A DNA stretch of 40,693 nucleotides, from the NCBI GenBank assembly GCA_029880275.1, contig JAOUOQ010000001.1, positions 1-40,693 on the forward strand, read 5' to 3'. Below are positions 35,305 through 40,693 of this stretch, in pieces. Within the stretch, counting starts at the first letter, position 1. Each line of letters begins with the position of its first letter. The notes under the pieces were generated by a model. That model was given only the letters and a program-made list of their open reading frames with translations, did no database searches and had not been told where the DNA came from. Source of the stretch: Candidatus Aminicenantes bacterium. GTDB taxonomy: Bacteria; Acidobacteriota; B3-B38; Guanabaribacteriales; B3-B38. Position numbers and translations under genes: made by a program.

Positions 35305-36564
35305 CTATCTTAAATCGTATCTATTGAAGTTATACAAGGAGAGAAGAAGTAGTATTACATTCCAGGATATTAAGATAACAAGTCCCTTCAGGCTTTCTGA
35401 GAGACTTGCCAGGAGAGAGGATTTCTTATACTCCACTTGGGGAATTCCTGAGGTATCCAGGGGCTCGTCACCGGTGCTCCAAGTGGTTAGTCTGCGAGGG
35501 TCTTTTTTTAGTTTCTCCGCCTGCCACAAAGCGAAGGTCTCGTTCAAATTCTGCGCCTGTCTGATAAATTTCAGATAAGACGGCAGACTGGTATTGGAAA
35601 GAGATTCTAACCCGCTCTGGTAGGCCATAAAAGGAGACAGAAAAGAAAGAGAATCTCTTATATTATATTGCTGAACCTTCTCATTTATATACAGCATATC
35701 CCATAGGTTTGCAGAAGGTTTTTCGCCTGTTTCTCCCATAATTGGCTGCTCTATCTCGGGAATGGGATGGTATCTCTCAGCTATATAGGAAGAGAAATTT
35801 GGTATTATCAAAAGCAATACAATCCACAGTAGCAGCAACAGGGCAAGCGAATTAGCCGACGAGTGAAAAAGGGATGAAATAGATACCCCTAACAGGGCGA
35901 AAACCGAGATAAACACCACGCTCAACAGAAAAGAGAAATTGAGCCGTAGAAAATCTTCAACATTCAAATCAATCTTCCGGGAGCTCACTAATATCAACTC
36001 CAGAATTATAAATGACATCAGCAGGGGAATTATTAAGGTTAAAATGGAGCCAAAAAACTCTCCCAGAATAACCTTGTATCTGGCAAGGGAATGAGAAAAG
36101 CACAGGCTCAATGTCCTATCCTCTTTTTGCCCGGTTATGGAGTCGTAGGTTATGATAATGGCAATAAAGCTGATCAGCACGGCGATTATCTTCCCCAGGT
36201 CCAGATACCCAAACAGCGGGGACAGGCTGTAATGGCTGCTGTATTTGGAGATGCTCATCCTCCCGGCAAATTGCCCAGGGATTTTAATGCTCGAGCCAAA
36301 CTCGTCGGTATAGCCGGTGCTTATCAGGGACAGCTGCTCCACCGGACGATTTAAATGCAAATGAAGCTGCCCATACATTCTGGCGTAAAATCTGACAGTG
36401 GCAGCACGATCCTCAGCCGCCTCGTACAGCTCCTTTTCCATCTGATAGCGCCCCAGTAAAACCAGCGTCCCGATGCTTATACAGGCCACCAATAGAATGG
36501 TCAAGATGATAAACCTTAATGAGAAAATATTGAGTAGTATCCTTTTTTTAATAATTAACCACAT
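35305..36564 (-). CDS. ABC-2 family permease, third divergent paralogue
   Basis: 419 aa with the same layout (N-terminal TM, loop, TM cluster, soluble segment, last TM ending NRYDLR) but low identity to A and B. Confidence 0.8.
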   Translation of the reverse strand: MWLIIKKRILLNIFSLRFIILTILLVACISIGTLVLLGRYQMEKELYEAAEDRAATVRFYARMYGQLHLHLNRPVEQLSLISTGYTDEFGSSIKIPGQFAGRMSISKYSSHYSLSPLFGYLDLGKIIAVLISFIAIIITYDSITGQKEDRTLSLCFSHSLARYKVILGEFFGSILTLIIPLLMSFIILELILVSSRKIDLNVEDFLRLNFSFLLSVVFISVFALLGVSISSLFHSSANSLALLLLLWIVLLLIIPNFSSYIAERYHPIPEIEQPIMGETGEKPSANLWDMLYINEKVQQYNIRDSLSFLSPFMAYQSGLESLSNTSLPSYLKFIRQAQNLNETFALWQAEKLKKDPRRLTTWSTGDEPLDTSGIPQVEYKKSSLLASLSESLKGLVILISWNVILLLLSLYNFNRYDLR

Positions 36565-36778
36565 AATGGCTTATCTCCAAAATACTATATTGTTATAGTT
36601 AAATGCAATAAAGCATATTATTTGTCCTTTCGAAGAGTAAATATATTACATTTTTCTAAGTTTTATTAAATCTATACTTCTCCTTTAATATATATAAACG
36701 ACATTATTGAGCGAGTTATTACAACCTTTTTTATTCAAAAATCAATATAAAAAAGCAAGTGGAAAAGCCAATTTAAAC

Positions 36779-36807
36779 TTGACAAATAGAGACTAAGATT
36801 ATATATT
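36779..36807 (+). promoter_or_regulatory. sigma70 promoter (TTGACA-17 nt-TATATT) of hsp20
   Basis: -35 at 36779-36784 and -10 at 36802-36807. GAGGAGG RBS at 36827-36833, with the ATG at 36843. Confidence 0.6.
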
Positions 36808-36842
36808 ATATTATGACTAAAGATTAGAGGAGGTGATGTTCA

Positions 36843-37289
36843 ATGCAACTCATCAGATGGAAACCTTTCAGAGAGTTCTTCACTCTTCCCGAGCGGTTCG
36901 ACCGGCTATTTGAGGAGAGCCTGGCTCGCATGGAGGAAAATCTGCCCTCATGGTGGATGAGCAGGTGGCCCTCGACCGAAATCTACCAGACCGACCAAGA
37001 GATCGTCCTCAAGGCGGAGCTGCCGGGGATTGACCCAAAGAATATGAGCATCCATGTGGACCATGGCAGGCTGCGCATAGAGTGTGAGCGGAAGCATGAG
37101 AAGCAAGCCAATGAAGAGAACTATCATCGTCGGGAGCTCGCCTACGGCAAGTTCTCCCGAACCTTCACCCTCCCAACCTCAATCGACCAGGGGAAGATTA
37201 ATGCCCGTTATGAAAAGGGCATCCTCCACATAACCCTCCCCAAGAAGGAGGAACACAGAGAAAAGGAAATAAAGATAAAGGTCGAATAA
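36843..37289 (+). CDS. small heat-shock protein, Hsp20/alpha-crystallin family
   Basis: TEIYQTDQEIVLKAELPGIDPKNMSI...YGKFSRTFTLP...GILHITLPK. Confidence 0.93.
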   Translation: MQLIRWKPFREFFTLPERFDRLFEESLARMEENLPSWWMSRWPSTEIYQTDQEIVLKAELPGIDPKNMSIHVDHGRLRIECERKHEKQANEENYHRRELAYGKFSRTFTLPTSIDQGKINARYEKGILHITLPKKEEHREKEIKIKVE

Positions 37290-37303
37290 TCAGCGTAATC
37301 CCG

Positions 37304-37340
37304 GGGCAGTGGAGGATTATAGCGCCGCTGCCCTTTTTTT
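37304..37340 (+). terminator. intrinsic terminator of hsp20
   Basis: GGGCAGTGG (37304-37312) pairs with CCGCTGCCC (37325-37333) with one G-U pair, followed by TTTTTTT (37334-37340). Confidence 0.8.
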
Positions 37341-37594
37341 ATCCCCTCCCCCTGTGTGCTCATAATCTTTCGAGTAAGGACGAGAAAAGGGGTTATTTCT
37401 CCTTGACAAACGAAAGTGCTTATGATAGATATAATAGCTCTGAAATTTATTTTTTCCTACAAGGAAAGGGCAAGAAGAAGCGCAAAAGAGATTCTTGCGA
37501 GTTAAAATCTTCATCTTGAATAATCTTCTTCAAAGAGAGCCGGGAGGGATACTCTCTCCCAGACCGCTTGAGGTGAGTCACAAGGGTTTAAAAA

Positions 37595-38842
37595 GTGGAT
37601 AAAAGTGTCCTGGTTATCGGAGGTGGGGTAGCGGGTATTACGGCAGCCCTTAAGTTAGCCAACAGCGGAGTGCGGGTTGTGCTGGTGGAAAAGAGCCCGG
37701 AACTGGGTGGTGCGGTTGTTTCATATTGCTGTAAAGCCACCGAACAATGCAACAAGTGCTCGGTGTGCGTCGCCAATCAAAAGATGGAAGAGCTGTGGAG
37801 CGCGCCCAATCTCTCACTTTTCACCAGCTCCGCCATAGGTAAAGTTGCTCGCGGTGAGGGCGGGTTTCATATCACGGTAACGCGCAAGCCCACCTATGTT
37901 GATGATAATAAATGTGTTCGCTGTAAGCTGTGCACTGAGAAATGCCCCACCAAGCCAAGCTCCATTTTCCTCCCCCCTCCTCACTCACCTTTGCAGAGCT
38001 ATGTAATTGACACTGACAGGTGTCTATATTTTCAAAGCAAAAAGTGTAAGCTTTGCCAGGAGGTGTGCCCTGCGGAAGCGATTAACCTTTCCCAAAAGGC
38101 AGGGGAGGAAAACTTTCAGGTGGGAGCACTCGTTGTGGCAAGCGGCTTTTCTCCCTTTGACTCCTCCCGGAAGAAGAGATACGGCTATGGAGTTTATCCC
38201 GATGTAATCACAGCCCTTGAACTGGAGGAGCAGCTGCGAATAGAAGGGAAGCTCAGCCGACCCTCCGATGGCAGCCAACCCAAACAGGTAGCCTTTATCC
38301 AATGCTTCGGCAGCCGGGATGCTCATGTGGGGAACAACTACTGCTCCAGAGTCTGTTGCACCTACACCATGAGACTGGCCAACCTTCTCAAGTTCAAGCA
38401 CCCCGACTCAAGCATAACTATATTTTATATGGACATTCAGACTTTCGGAAAAGAGTTTGAGCAATTTTACCAGCAGTGCCGCCAGAAAATTCAATTTATC
38501 CGTGATATGCCCTCCCTCATCCAGCAGGATGGGGACAACCAGCTCTTAATCACCTATCAGGACAGAAAAGAGGGTAAAGTGGAGCAGAGCAATTTCGACC
38601 TGGCTGTCCTCTCTGTGGGTCTTTGTCCGGGAGAGGATACCGAGAAGCTGGTTGAATTGCTGGGGCTTCAGACCAATGAGCACGGCTTCTTCAAGTCGCT
38701 AAGCCCCCTGCAAACCAACGAAACAGAGGCAGAGGGAATATTCCTTGCCGGCACCTGTCAGGGACCCCGTGACATAAGCGAATCTGTCGCCCATTCTCTC
38801 GGTGCGGCGGAGAAAGCCCTCGCCTATCTGGGAGCTGAATAG
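37595..38842 (+). CDS. hdrA: HdrA-family FAD/Fe-S oxidoreductase (core plus inserted ferredoxin domain)
   Basis: VLVIGGGVAGITAA...EKSPELGG, KCSVCV, two CX2CX2CX3CP motifs, and the HdrA cluster motif CFGSRDAHVGNNYCSRVCC. GTG start. Confidence 0.85.
   Translation: MDKSVLVIGGGVAGITAALKLANSGVRVVLVEKSPELGGAVVSYCCKATEQCNKCSVCVANQKMEELWSAPNLSLFTSSAIGKVARGEGGFHITVTRKPTYVDDNKCVRCKLCTEKCPTKPSSIFLPPPHSPLQSYVIDTDRCLYFQSKKCKLCQEVCPAEAINLSQKAGEENFQVGALVVASGFSPFDSSRKKRYGYGVYPDVITALELEEQLRIEGKLSRPSDGSQPKQVAFIQCFGSRDAHVGNNYCSRVCCTYTMRLANLLKFKHPDSSITIFYMDIQTFGKEFEQFYQQCRQKIQFIRDMPSLIQQDGDNQLLITYQDRKEGKVEQSNFDLAVLSVGLCPGEDTEKLVELLGLQTNEHGFFKSLSPLQTNETEAEGIFLAGTCQGPRDISESVAHSLGAAEKALAYLGAE

Positions 38843-40693
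<1,851 letters not shown>

Larger units (their letters stand above)
32220..35386. repeat. tandem direct duplication, two units of about 1.5-1.6 kb (gene plus 82 nt of upstream gene)
   Basis: Unit 1 is 32220-33750 and unit 2 is 33751-35386. Long runs are identical at the nucleotide level at both ends. The same spurious antisense ORF peptides appear in both copies of the ORF track. Confidence 0.9.

Noticed and set aside
32220-35386. Tandem repeat considered as a mobile element or CRISPR-like array.
   Set aside because: There are only two units of about 1.5 kb, each a full-length permease gene. No terminal inverted repeats, transposase or short spacer-repeat periodicity are present. It is a gene duplication.
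37403-37435. TTGACA at 37403-37408 upstream of the first HdrA-family gene, considered as a promoter.
   Set aside because: With a 17-nt spacer the -10 is TAGATA, which lacks the conserved final T. The nearby TATAAT (37430-37435) is 21 nt from the -35. This is too ambiguous to annotate.
37317-37514. 65-aa minus-strand ORF downstream of hsp20.
   Set aside because: Its 3' end runs through the hsp20 terminator hairpin. The sequence is low complexity and has no RBS.

Overview
Chromosomal window from a diderm bacterium (lipid A genes lpxB and msbA are present). It is probably an anaerobe, given two HdrA-family flavoproteins and selA. The taxon cannot be named from the sequence alone. Positions 1255-18895 form one uninterrupted minus-strand block of 16 tightly packed, often overlapping housekeeping genes: sirtuin, LOG-like protein, membrane protein, lipoprotein, dnaE, guaA, priA, family-4 UDG, coaBC, rpoZ, gmk, remA, yicC, DUF374 acyltransferase, msbA and lpxB. 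Positions 19286-26810 (plus strand) are envelope-related. They hold a flippase-like membrane protein and a radical SAM enzyme with two CX3CX2C motifs that resembles the archaeal tetraether-lipid synthase family (MJ0619 / Tes / GDGT-MAS). They also hold a Lol-like cassette in which two LolA-fold proteins flank a MacB/LolCDE-type ABC transporter. selA follows and overlaps the cassette convergently. The most accessory-looking part is 28.6-36.6 kb on the minus strand. It contains an alpha/beta hydrolase with Glu at the nucleophile elbow, then a self-contained five-gene ABC-2 system that I cannot match to any characterised system. That system has three permease paralogues, two of which are a recent tandem duplication that kept an 82-nt relic of the upstream gene. 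It also has a chimeric membrane-fusion-like/NEW3-like anchored protein and a single ATPase. The window ends with hsp20, two complementary HdrA-family genes and the 5' end of a dihydrolipoyl dehydrogenase gene. I saw no rRNA, tRNA, CRISPR array, transposase or integrase. All family calls come from motif recognition in the supplied translations, not from database searches.
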